Source: Thermodesulfobacteriota bacterium
Lineage (GTDB): Bacteria; Desulfobacterota_D; UBA1144
NCBI GenBank assembly: GCA_036340075.1
Contig: JAYYZJ010000010.1
Span: 1-21,170, forward strand
Length of the DNA stretch: 21,170 nt
Reading direction: 5' to 3'
Shown here: positions 1-8,813 of the stretch, in pieces
Layout: each line of letters begins with the position of its first letter
How positions within the stretch are numbered: the stretch's first letter is position 1
Notes under the pieces: model-generated
Database searches by the model: none
What the model saw: only the letters and a program-made list of their open reading frames with translations
What the model was told of the DNA's origin: nothing
Program-made: the position numbers and the translations under genes

Positions 1-37
1 AATTGTATCAAAAATGTGAGTTTTTAGGGAAAAAGTA

Positions 38-1567
38 TTACTCCCATTCTATTGTGCTAGGTGGCTTGTTTGAAATATCAAAGACAACTTTATTAATACC
101 CTTAACATTATTAATAATTTCAGAAGATATTAAATCTAAAACATTGTGAGGAATTCTTGACCAATTAGCTGTCATACCGTCTACGCTGTTAACTGCTCGT
201 ATAGCAATAGTGTTTTCATAGGTCCTCTCATCTCCCATAACTCCGACTGTTTTAATTGGTACAAGAACACAAAATGCTTGCCAAATTTTATTATATAAAT
301 TTTTAGATTTAAGAATGTCTATAAAAATTTTATCTGCAGCCTGTAAAAGTTGAACTCTTTCTTTTGTAACAGCGCCTATAATTCTTATAGCAAGACCAGG
401 TCCTGGAAATGGATGCCTTCCTACTAAATCTTTATTTATTTTTAGAGCATTTCCAAAAACTCTAACTTCATCTTTAAACAAATCTCTTAAAGGTTCTACT
501 AGTTTTAGATTCATTTTCTTTGGCAATCCACCAACATTATGATGAGATTTAATAACAGCAGAAGGACCACTAACATTTACACTCTCAATTACATCTGGGT
601 ATAGAGTTCCTTGAACTAAAAACTTAGCTCTACTCTTTCTTGCTTCCTTTTCAAAAAGTTCGATAAAAGTTTTCCCTATAATTTTTCTTTTCTTCTCTGG
701 ATCAACTACATTGTTTAATCTTTTATAAAATAAATTTGATGCATTTATAACTTTAGGTCTAACTCCTAATTTTTTTAGACTTGGCAATATATCTTCAACT
801 TCTTTATATCTCATTAGTCCTGTATCAACAATAAAGGATTGCAAGTTCTTACCTATCGCTTTACTAACTAAAACTGATGAAACACAAGAGTCCACTCCTC
901 CAGAAATTGCAGATATAGCGATTTCTTTTCCTATTGTTTCTTTTATTTCCTGAACTTTTGATTTAACAAGTCTTGAAGGTTTCCAGTTAGGCTTGCAACC
1001 TGAAATATCTAAAAAGTTTTTAAAGAATTGCTTTCCAAAGGACGTGTGCATAACTTCTGGATGAAACTGTGTACCAATTATTTTTGAATCATTTGATGCA
1101 AAAACTGATATTGAACCAAATTCAGATTTCGCAAGAATTTTTAATGTCTTTGGTAGTTTTACAATTGTGTCACCATGTGACATCCAAGAAATTTGATTAT
1201 TAGAAATATTTTTTAATATTTTTGATTGTGAAAGCTTTTTTAGCTTTGATGGTCCAAATTCTCTTATCTTTGATTTTTCTACCCGTCCTCCGAGCATTTT
1301 AGAAATTATTTGTGCTCCATAGCAAATACCCAATACTGGAATGTCTAATTCTAAAATTTTAGAATCTATCTTTGGAGCTTTTCGGTCATGAACACTAGCA
1401 GGGCTACCAGATAGAATAATGCAATCCGGATTTCTTTTTATAATCTCGTCAATTTTAGTATCAAAGGGAAGTATTTCTGAGTAAACGTTAAGTTCTCTAA
1501 TTTTTCTCGCTATTAACTTTGTTACCTGTGATCCAAAGTCTAAAACTAGAGCATTACTTATATTCAT
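38..1567 (-). CDS. guaA: GMP synthase (glutamine-hydrolyzing)
   Basis: N-terminal LDFGSQ, class I GATase motifs GICYGAQ and QFHPEV, PP-loop SGGVDS, IKSHHNVGGLP, RHPFPGPGLAIR, C-terminal KPPSTIEWE. Confidence 0.98.
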   Translation of the reverse strand: MNISNALVLDFGSQVTKLIARKIRELNVYSEILPFDTKIDEIIKRNPDCIILSGSPASVHDRKAPKIDSKILELDIPVLGICYGAQIISKMLGGRVEKSKIREFGPSKLKKLSQSKILKNISNNQISWMSHGDTIVKLPKTLKILAKSEFGSISVFASNDSKIIGTQFHPEVMHTSFGKQFFKNFLDISGCKPNWKPSRLVKSKVQEIKETIGKEIAISAISGGVDSCVSSVLVSKAIGKNLQSFIVDTGLMRYKEVEDILPSLKKLGVRPKVINASNLFYKRLNNVVDPEKKRKIIGKTFIELFEKEARKSRAKFLVQGTLYPDVIESVNVSGPSAVIKSHHNVGGLPKKMNLKLVEPLRDLFKDEVRVFGNALKINKDLVGRHPFPGPGLAIRIIGAVTKERVQLLQAADKIFIDILKSKNLYNKIWQAFCVLVPIKTVGVMGDERTYENTIAIRAVNSVDGMTANWSRIPHNVLDLISSEIINNVKGINKVVFDISNKPPSTIEWE

Positions 1568-1569
1568 CT

Positions 1570-3036
1570 TTAATCTAGGGAATAGTTTGGTGCCTCTCTG
1601 CTTATAGCAATGTCATGAACATGACTTTCTTTTAAGCCTGCACTGGTTAGTTTTAAAAATCTAGCAGATTTTAGTTCTTTTAAATTTTTAGAACCAGTAT
1701 ATCCCATTCCGGCTTTTACCCCACCTACTAATTGATAAACAACTTTACTTATTGGACCTCTATATGGAACCCTACCTTCAATACCTTCTGGAACCAACTT
1801 GGAGTCGATTAAGTCTTCCTGGTAATATCTATCTTTGCTTCCATCTCTCATTGCTTCCACTGAGCCCATTCCTCTATATGTTTTAAAAGATCTTCCTTGA
1901 TAAAGCACAAGGTCTCCTGGAGTTTCATCCGTTCCGGCTAGCAAGTTTCCTATCATTACACAATTTGCTCCAGCCGCTAAAGCTTTTGTTATATCTCCAG
2001 AATATTTAATGCCACCATCTGCTATAACAGGAATCTTGGCTCTTTTAGCAACAGTGCAAACATCTAATATGGCAGTTAATTGTGGAACGCCTATGCCTGC
2101 AATTATTCTTGTAGTGCAAATAGAGCCTGGCCCTATTCCTACTTTTAATCCATCTGCTCCTGCTTTTATCAGATCTCTTGCTGCTTCAGTTGTAGCAATG
2201 TTCCCAGTAACGATGTCAATTCTACTAAATTTTCTTTTTAAAAGTTTTAATGAGTCAATTACTTTCTTTGAATGCGCATGAGCTGTATCTATAAAAATAA
2301 CATCCAAACCATTTCTAACTAATTCCTCTGTTCTCTCAACCATATCTCCACTAACACCAACCGCAGCTCCTGCAAGAAGTCTTCCATCTTTGTCTTTGGT
2401 AGCATTTGGAAATTTTTTACTTTTTTCTATATCTTTCATTGTAATTAAACCCTGGAGTCTAAACTTTTTATCTACAACTGGTAATTTTTCTATTTTGTAT
2501 TTGTTCATTAATTCTCTAGCCTCGTTTGCAGCAACACCTCTTTGAACAACTACTAAATCCTTTTTCTGTGTCATTAGTTTATTAACTTTATAATGAAGAT
2601 TTTTTTCATATCTTAAATCTCTCATTGTTATAATCCCAAGCAATTCTGAATTTTCCTCAGTAACAGGAAGTCCAGTAAAATTCTTAGTAGTCATAATCTC
2701 CAAAGCTTGTTTTCCAGTAGCATTAGGAGAAATAGTGTGAGGCTCAATTATCATTCCACCTTCGTATTTTTTTACTTTTTCAACCTCTTCTGCTTGTCTT
2801 TCTATGCTCAGGTTTTTATGGATAACGCCAATTCCTCCCTCTTCTGCCATTGCAATAGCAGTTCGCGCCTCAGTTACTGTATCCATTGCAGCACTTATAA
2901 TTGGTATGTTTAAAGTAATTTTTTTGGTTAAGTTTGTTTTAACATCTACCGATGAAGGCATCACCGTAGAATAGGATGGTGCTAAAAGCACATCGTCAAA
3001 AGTTAATGATTCTTGGATTCTATCTTGTTTTGCTAT
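1570..3036 (-). CDS. guaB: IMP dehydrogenase with CBS pair; start probably extends beyond the ORF-track start (2991) to an ATA at 3036
   Basis: SAAMDTVTE, catalytic loop [30 protein letters not shown]. The conserved N-terminal [10 protein letters not shown] motif lies in frame upstream of 2991. The exact start is inferred. Confidence 0.95.
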   Translation of the reverse strand: MAKQDRIQESLTFDDVLLAPSYSTVMPSSVDVKTNLTKKITLNIPIISAAMDTVTEARTAIAMAEEGGIGVIHKNLSIERQAEEVEKVKKYEGGMIIEPHTISPNATGKQALEIMTTKNFTGLPVTEENSELLGIITMRDLRYEKNLHYKVNKLMTQKKDLVVVQRGVAANEARELMNKYKIEKLPVVDKKFRLQGLITMKDIEKSKKFPNATKDKDGRLLAGAAVGVSGDMVERTEELVRNGLDVIFIDTAHAHSKKVIDSLKLLKRKFSRIDIVTGNIATTEAARDLIKAGADGLKVGIGPGSICTTRIIAGIGVPQLTAILDVCTVAKRAKIPVIADGGIKYSGDITKALAAGANCVMIGNLLAGTDETPGDLVLYQGRSFKTYRGMGSVEAMRDGSKDRYYQEDLIDSKLVPEGIEGRVPYRGPISKVVYQLVGGVKAGMGYTGSKNLKELKSARFLKLTSAGLKESHVHDIAISREAPNYSLD

Positions 3037-3590
3037 TTTTTAGACCTCTTCTTTGTATTAGTTTTTTTTGCTTTAGCTTTTACGGGTGATTTTTTTACCT
3101 TTTTAGCTATAGCTTTTTTCTTTACTGCAGAAGCCTTAGTTGTTTTCTTTACAACTTTTTTCTTTGCGGGTGACACTTTTTTAGCTGCAGCTTTCTTTAC
3201 AGGCTTAGCAGCTGTCTTTTTTGCTTTTGTAGTCTCTTTAGTTTTTTTAGCAGATTTTGATTTAGCAGTCTTTTTAGGTTTAGGTTCTTCTACAACAGGT
3301 GGTTCGGGGATTACAAATTCAAGTAGACTTGCTTGATTTACAAAACTTACAACTTTCTTTCTAAAATCAGATACAGCACCAACTTCAAATTCTATAATTT
3401 GTGTTTTTTGATTTGTAGTAATTTTTACTGGCATAACTCCAGCAAAAACAGCATCATCAATTTTTTCAAAACCAATAGATTTTAAAATTTGTTTTTGAAT
3501 TACAGGTAGAAAAATAGTACCCAATACAGTAACTTCTTCTGGTAAAAGTCCATCTTGAGTTACACTTATCTTGACTGTTGTCTCTTTCAT
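3033..3590 (-). CDS. Hypothetical protein: about 95-aa N-terminal domain plus histone H1-like Lys/Ala/Pro-rich basic tail
   Basis: C-terminal ~85 aa dominated by KK-A/T/V repeats (KKTAAKPVKKAAAKKVSPAKKK), separated from the N-terminal domain by a PEPPVVEEPKP linker; AGAGG upstream; stop overlaps the inferred guaB start. Confidence 0.8.
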   Translation of the reverse strand: MKETTVKISVTQDGLLPEEVTVLGTIFLPVIQKQILKSIGFEKIDDAVFAGVMPVKITTNQKTQIIEFEVGAVSDFRKKVVSFVNQASLLEFVIPEPPVVEEPKPKKTAKSKSAKKTKETTKAKKTAAKPVKKAAAKKVSPAKKKVVKKTTKASAVKKKAIAKKVKKSPVKAKAKKTNTKKRSKK

Positions 3591-3701
3591 TCTTTATTTT
3601 AACCTCTAAATCGCTGAAATATAAACAAATTTTTAAGTCATTCTACTTAATTAAACTTTAAAAGACAAATGAATATACAAAATCTATTTATTTTTATTGA
3701 T

Positions 3702-3731
3702 TTGTCCAAATTCAATTTTTTATGCTATATT
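3702..3731 (+). promoter_or_regulatory. Putative sigma70 promoter for moeB/moeZ
   Basis: TTGTCC-N18-TATATT with extended -10 TGn (tgc tatatt), 26 nt upstream of the ATG. Confidence 0.5.
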
Positions 3732-3757
3732 GTTCCTTTTACAATTAAGAGAAGAGA

Positions 3758-4876
3758 ATGGGATTAACAAAAAGTCAAATTGGTAGATACAGCAGGCATT
3801 TGATAATGCCTGAAGTAGGTGTAAAAGGCCAGGAGAAATTAGCTGACTCTAAAGTTCTTTGTATTGGAGCTGGTGGTCTTGGTTCTCCATTAGCCCTTTA
3901 TCTAGCTTCTGCAGGGATAGGGACGATAGGTATAGTTGATTTTGATGTAGTTGATTTAAGCAATCTTCAAAGACAAATTCTTCATGCTGAAGATCGAGTT
4001 GGTGAGCTCAAAGTAGAATCTGCAAAAAAAAGGTTACTCGAGCTTAATTCTGACATTAATGTAAACACTTACAATTTAAGACTTACTTCTGATAATGCTT
4101 TAGATTTGTTTAAAGATTACGATGTAATAGTTGATGGAACTGATAATTTTGCCACGAGATACCTTGTTAATGATGCTTGTGTTTTATTAAATAAACCAAA
4201 TGTTTATGGAAGTATTTTTAGATTTGAAGGGCAAGCAACAGTATTTAATTATAAAGGAGGTCCTCACTATAGGGATTTATATCCTGAGCCACCCCCACCT
4301 GGAATGGTTCCGTCTTGCGCTGAAGGTGGTGTTTTAGGAATTCTTCCTGGGATTATTGGTGTAATTCAAGCAACAGAAACTGTTAAAATACTCCTAGATG
4401 CTGGAACAACATTAAGTGGGAGACTTTTACTCTATGATTCTCTCCAAATGAGTTTTAGAGAAATAAAATTAAGAAAGAGTCCTGACACTCCTAAAATTAC
4501 CGAACTTATAGATTATGAAGAATTTTGCGGTATGAACACTTCTGAAGATAATCAGGGAGAAGTAGAAATCAATGTAGAAGACTTGAAACAAATAGTTGAA
4601 TCAAAACAAAAAATAACTCTATTAGATGTAAGAGAACCGGGTGAATATGAAATTTGCAACTTGGATAATTCTACACTAATCCCTTTAGGGGATTTGACAT
4701 CAAGAGTTCACGAGCTAGATACGGCAGATGATATAATAGTTTATTGTCACCATGGAATGAGAAGTCTTCAAGCTACAAGAATTTTAAAAGGCATGGGGTA
4801 TTCCAAAGTTAGGAATCTTGCTGGTGGTATAGATGCTTGGGCTGCAAAATTTGATGATAAAATGCCAAGATATTAG
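3758..4876 (+). CDS. moeB: MoeB/ThiF E1-like adenylyltransferase fused to a C-terminal rhodanese domain (MoeZ-type)
   Basis: RYSRHL, GAGGLG, DFDVVDLSNLQRQ, DGTDNF, YRDLYPEPPPPGMVPSCAEGG; rhodanese motifs DVREP, CHHGMRS and GGIDAW. Confidence 0.92.
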   Translation: MGLTKSQIGRYSRHLIMPEVGVKGQEKLADSKVLCIGAGGLGSPLALYLASAGIGTIGIVDFDVVDLSNLQRQILHAEDRVGELKVESAKKRLLELNSDINVNTYNLRLTSDNALDLFKDYDVIVDGTDNFATRYLVNDACVLLNKPNVYGSIFRFEGQATVFNYKGGPHYRDLYPEPPPPGMVPSCAEGGVLGILPGIIGVIQATETVKILLDAGTTLSGRLLLYDSLQMSFREIKLRKSPDTPKITELIDYEEFCGMNTSEDNQGEVEINVEDLKQIVESKQKITLLDVREPGEYEICNLDNSTLIPLGDLTSRVHELDTADDIIVYCHHGMRSLQATRILKGMGYSKVRNLAGGIDAWAAKFDDKMPRY

Positions 4877-4883
4877 ACCCTAG

Positions 4884-5360
4884 TTAAGGCTTAGGTCCGT
4901 ATTTATTATCTCCTTCGTCTCCTTTTAAGAAGCCAGCATTTACAAAAATCCAAACATTAAAACCGAAAATAATCCATACATAAAATTGAGCGACATCTTG
5001 TGGGATTAATTTGAAATATTGCGGTATTGCTAACAAATAAGGTACCACTGCCAATAGACCTGTTATTGATCTATCCTGTAATCTTTTTGCATCAAGAAAA
5101 ACAGAAAAAGCAGAAAAAATTAAACTAAAAAAAACAATTACCTTTGCAAGGTCATTTTGATCAAAACTTAATGCAGAAAACAACGCTCCAATTGGAATCA
5201 TGAATAAAAATGCAACAATATATAAGTAGAGCTTAGAATACCACCATGTTTTTCGATCTATTCTTCCATCTAAAGAAAAAAAGATATATTTTAAGAAATC
5301 AATCTTTAAAAACTTTCGAAAATCATAAGCAAAAAAATTTTTAATCTCTTCTGAATTCAT
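4884..5360 (-). CDS. DUF805 family membrane protein
   Basis: FSLDGRIDRKTWW, KRLQDR, hydrophobic helices and a C-terminal GDEGDNKYGP motif typical of DUF805/YhaH. Confidence 0.85.
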   Translation of the reverse strand: MNSEEIKNFFAYDFRKFLKIDFLKYIFFSLDGRIDRKTWWYSKLYLYIVAFLFMIPIGALFSALSFDQNDLAKVIVFFSLIFSAFSVFLDAKRLQDRSITGLLAVVPYLLAIPQYFKLIPQDVAQFYVWIIFGFNVWIFVNAGFLKGDEGDNKYGPKP

Positions 5361-5368
5361 AACAACCT

Positions 5369-5452
<84 letters not shown>

Positions 5453-5464
5453 TACTATTATACT

Positions 5465-6016
5465 CTACTTTATTTTATGTCTCATTCTATACCAATAAAT
5501 AGCGTTGATGACTAGGGAATGTGTGATTTTTTTATTGATAATATATTTTTCTACCTTGCTTAAAGGTATAAGTTTAACTTTTGTATACTCGCTGCCATAG
5601 TTCATTGGATCTGATACTTTTTTAACCCCTGATGCAAGAAATGTATGGCAATCATTGTTTAGTATTGCGGGATTAGGATGAACAGTGCCAAGCTTTTTCC
5701 ATTTTGTAGTTATATAGCCTGTTTCCTCTTTAAGTTCTCGTTTTGCAGATTTTAATGGTGTTTCTCCTTTATCTATCATTCCTCCAGGTAACTCCAAGGT
5801 TATCGAGTTTGTTCCAGGCCTATATTGTTCAACAAAAACAACTTGATTGTCTGATGTCACTGGGAGAATGTTTACCCAGTCAACAGAATCAATTACATAG
5901 AAATCATATAATTTTTTAATTGATAAACTATATGGGGACCTGGCTGTGTACTGAAACAAATCAAAAATCTTTAGATTTTTTAAAAGTTTTTTCTTTGTTA
6001 TTTTCCATTTCTTCAT
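5465..6016 (-). CDS. Nudix hydrolase (ADP-ribose pyrophosphatase-like)
   Basis: Nudix box GGMIDKGETPLKSAKRELKEETGY, upstream QYRP and LELP motifs. Confidence 0.9.
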   Translation of the reverse strand: MKKWKITKKKLLKNLKIFDLFQYTARSPYSLSIKKLYDFYVIDSVDWVNILPVTSDNQVVFVEQYRPGTNSITLELPGGMIDKGETPLKSAKRELKEETGYITTKWKKLGTVHPNPAILNNDCHTFLASGVKKVSDPMNYGSEYTKVKLIPLSKVEKYIINKKITHSLVINAIYWYRMRHKIK

Positions 6017-6098
6017 ATCAATTTCAATCTTAACTGGATTGACAATTAATTGAAAATGTACAGAATAAAAATTCTGAAAATGTTAATATTAAATAATT

Positions 6099-6185
6099 GG
6101 AGAGTTGGCCGAGTGGCCGAAGGCGCACGCTTGGAAAGCGTGTAGAGGTTCAAACCTCTCGTGGGTTCGAATCCCACACTCTCCG
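6099..6185 (+). tRNA. tRNA-Ser (GGA), CCA not encoded
   Basis: Acceptor stem GGAGAGT/ACTCTCC, anticodon arm CACGC-TTGGAAA-GCGTG, long variable arm AGAGG..CCTCT, T arm GTGGG-TTCGAAT-CCCAC, discriminator G. Confidence 0.97.
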
Positions 6186-6191
6186 TAGTAG

Positions 6192-6258
6192 ATTTCGTCG
6201 GCTTTGCGAATTCCGCCAGGACAGAAATGTAGCAACGGTAGCTTAGCCGGCCGTAAAT
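6192..6258 (+). ncRNA. ffs: Signal recognition particle RNA (4.5S, small bacterial type), very short
   Basis: Helix-8 signature CCG-CCAGG-ACA-GAAA-TGT-AGCA-A-CGG (CAGG/AGCA symmetric loop, GNRA tetraloop), closed by TCGGCT/AGCCGG and ATTTCG/CGTAAAT; located just upstream of dnaX-ybaB-recR, a common context for ffs. Confidence 0.88.
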
Positions 6259-6261
6259 ATT

Positions 6262-7812
6262 ATGTCGCATTTAGTTTTATCAAGAAAATATCGTCCTAAA
6301 ACCTTTGACAGTATTCTTGGGCAAGAGAATGCCTTACAAATTTTGCAAAGCTTTATAAGTAATGACTCAATACCTCATGCTCTAATTTTTTGTGGATCTA
6401 GAGGTGTAGGGAAAACTTCTATGGCTAGAATTTTTGCTAAAACAATAAACTGTGAAGAATTATTAAAATCTAACAATTGCTCAAATTATGAAAACTGTTC
6501 ATGTAAAGAAATTGATGAAAATAAATCCATCGATGTTATTGAGATTGATGCAGCATCAAATAATGGAATCGAACAAATTAGAGATCTTATCGAGAGTTCG
6601 AATTATTCTTCTATTAAATGTAAATTTAAAGTTTTCATAATAGACGAAGTACATATGTTATCTAAAGCAGCATTTAATGCATTGCTTAAAACTTTAGAAG
6701 AACCAAATAAAAATACAATATTTGTTCTTGCAACAACTGAGGTTGAAAAAATTCCTCTAACTATCATTTCACGTTGCCAAACAATTAATTTTAAAAATAT
6801 CAAAAAAGATGAAATAAATGATTATATAAATTTAATTGCTAAGAAAGAAGATATTGAAATCGATACTGAGTCTACGCTTATGATTAGTGAGGAAAGTAAC
6901 GGATCAGCGCGCGACGCATTAGGGTTTCTTGAACTTTTATCTACAACACTTAACAAGAAAATATCATCAGATAAAGCATCTAAGGTTTTAGGAAGAACAA
7001 CCAAGCAAGTATTGTTAAAAATTTCTACTAGCATTATGGATGGAGATATAGAAAGCACCTTAGACCAGTACAACAACATTTATATTGGAGGCTATGACTC
7101 CAAAAAATTTGTTTTATCTTTAATGAATTATTTTCGTGCAATGATTTATTACAAGTTAGGACTAGAGAACAAAGTAGAGGATATAGACACATTAGGTTCT
7201 GATGATATAAAACAAATTCAAAGCTATGATCTTGAAACACTAGAAAATCTATTTGATGAATTGATCAAATTGTATGATTTAGCATCAAAATCAGAAAATG
7301 TTAGATTTGTTGTAGAGTCCAATCTTGTTAAATTGTGCATGGTATCAAGTTTTCTAGATTTTAGTATTACTGACAATCTAAATCCTGATTTTAAACTATC
7401 TTCTGAAAAACAAACCAAAAAAAAAAGACCAATAGAGAATAAAAAGACTTTTGATTCCGCATATTTTCTTAATAAATTAAAAGAGATTGAAAATGAGAAT
7501 TATAAATTAATCAAAGATGCTGAGATGTCTTCAAATAATTCAAAAGTTCAAATTGGTATAAAAAATAATATTATGTTTGAACTTTTAGATAATGAAGAAA
7601 GAAAAGAAGAGCTAGGAAACTTAATTAATGAAATTTTTCATAAAAAATACGAGATAGAACTTATTAAAGTAGTAGATTCCGACAATGATTTACGTAATGG
7701 TGAAGAATTTAAATTTAAAGAAAAAAAAGATAAACTATTAGAATCTGAATCTGTAAAGAATCTTTTTGATGCTTTTGATTGCAGAATACAAGATGTAGAG
7801 GTAGAAAATTAG
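6262..7812 (+). CDS. dnaX: DNA polymerase III subunit gamma/tau
   Basis: LSRKYRP, Walker A GSRGVGKTS, EIDAASN, Walker B IIDEVHML, FNALLKTLEEP, SRC motif. Confidence 0.97.
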   Translation: MSHLVLSRKYRPKTFDSILGQENALQILQSFISNDSIPHALIFCGSRGVGKTSMARIFAKTINCEELLKSNNCSNYENCSCKEIDENKSIDVIEIDAASNNGIEQIRDLIESSNYSSIKCKFKVFIIDEVHMLSKAAFNALLKTLEEPNKNTIFVLATTEVEKIPLTIISRCQTINFKNIKKDEINDYINLIAKKEDIEIDTESTLMISEESNGSARDALGFLELLSTTLNKKISSDKASKVLGRTTKQVLLKISTSIMDGDIESTLDQYNNIYIGGYDSKKFVLSLMNYFRAMIYYKLGLENKVEDIDTLGSDDIKQIQSYDLETLENLFDELIKLYDLASKSENVRFVVESNLVKLCMVSSFLDFSITDNLNPDFKLSSEKQTKKKRPIENKKTFDSAYFLNKLKEIENENYKLIKDAEMSSNNSKVQIGIKNNIMFELLDNEERKEELGNLINEIFHKKYEIELIKVVDSDNDLRNGEEFKFKEKKDKLLESESVKNLFDAFDCRIQDVEVEN

Positions 7813-7814
7813 CT

Positions 7815-8138
7815 ATGAAAATGCCAGGCAACATGAAAAACATGATGAAACAAGCTGAAAAAATGAAGGCTGAAATGGATAGACTTCAGGAAGAGGCTGG
7901 AAATAAATTGCTAGAGACTGTATCCGGTGGTGGAATGGTTAAAGTAACTGCAAAAGCCAAAGGTGAAATTATCGCAATAGAAATAAATGATGAAGTAGTT
8001 GAATCAAAGGACAAGGAAATGATTCAGGATTTAATTCAAGCTGCAGTAAATGAAGCTTTAAGAGAAGGACAAGAGGCCATTAAAGAAGAAATGTCTAAAG
8101 CAGCAACAGCTATGGGTATTCCACCTGGCTTACTTTAA
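7815..8138 (+). CDS. ybaB: YbaB/EbfC nucleoid-associated protein (start corrected to ATG 7815)
   Basis: NMMKQA, SGGGMVKVT, DKEMIQDLIQAAVNEA; lies between dnaX and recR. Confidence 0.93.
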   Translation: MKMPGNMKNMMKQAEKMKAEMDRLQEEAGNKLLETVSGGGMVKVTAKAKGEIIAIEINDEVVESKDKEMIQDLIQAAVNEALREGQEAIKEEMSKAATAMGIPPGLL

Positions 8139-8139
8139 T

Positions 8140-8745
8140 ATGAAGAAAAAATTACTTGGAAATGAAATAACTCGTTTAATTGAATCCTTATCAAAATTGC
8201 CTGGAATAGGACCTATAACTGCCTCGAGACTTGCACTATTTTTAATGAAAAATCCTTCCCAATTAAGTATGGAAATAGCTAGATCAATTGTTGAAGCTAG
8301 GAAGTCTGTAAAAATTTGTCCCACATGTAATGACTTTATGTTTAATAATGATTGCACCTGTAAAGATGAAACAAGAAATAATAAAATACTATGTATAGTT
8401 GAAAATACTATGGATTTGATATCTATAGAAAAAAGTCAAGAATATTCTGGGAGGTACTATGTCCTCCAAGAGCTTCTATCTATATCTCAAGGAACCAACC
8501 CAAAGGACTTAAACATTCAAAAGCTAATAAAAAGAATTGAGCAAGGAAAATTTGAAGAAATCATATTGGCAACTGATCCTACAAGTGACGGTGAGTTTAC
8601 AGCACAATTTATATATGAAAAAATTAGAGGCCATTGTAAATTAATTACAAGAATTGCAATAGGAGTTCCCATAGGCTCAGAAGTTAATTACATAGATAAA
8701 AATACTCTTGCAAAATCATTACTAGATAGAAAAAAGGTCTCATGA
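8140..8745 (+). CDS. recR: Recombination mediator RecR
   Basis: HhH motif LPGIGP, Cys4 finger, Toprim CIVE and EIILAT, TRIAIGVPIG; synteny with dnaX-ybaB. Confidence 0.94.
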   Translation: MKKKLLGNEITRLIESLSKLPGIGPITASRLALFLMKNPSQLSMEIARSIVEARKSVKICPTCNDFMFNNDCTCKDETRNNKILCIVENTMDLISIEKSQEYSGRYYVLQELLSISQGTNPKDLNIQKLIKRIEQGKFEEIILATDPTSDGEFTAQFIYEKIRGHCKLITRIAIGVPIGSEVNYIDKNTLAKSLLDRKKVS

Positions 8746-8750
8746 GATTC

Positions 8751-8778
8751 TTGACTTAACATCTATTTTACGTAATAT
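8751..8778 (+). promoter_or_regulatory. Putative sigma70 promoter for etfBA
   Basis: TTGACT-N16-TAATAT in the recR-etfB gap, followed by SD AAGGGGGA and a TTG start. Confidence 0.45.
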
Positions 8779-8813
8779 TTCATAGTTACTTTTCTATTTA
8801 AGGGGGATTTGAA

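Noticed and set aside
3013..3336. 107-aa Phe/Leu/Ala-rich ORF on the + strand that looks like a membrane protein
   Set aside because: Antisense shadow of the Lys/Ala-rich tail (AAA codons read as TTT); it lies almost entirely opposite the H1-like gene
6046..6270. 74-aa ORF on the - strand
   Set aside because: Antisense to tRNA-Ser and the SRP RNA; ESVGFEPT is the typical translation of a reverse-complemented tRNA
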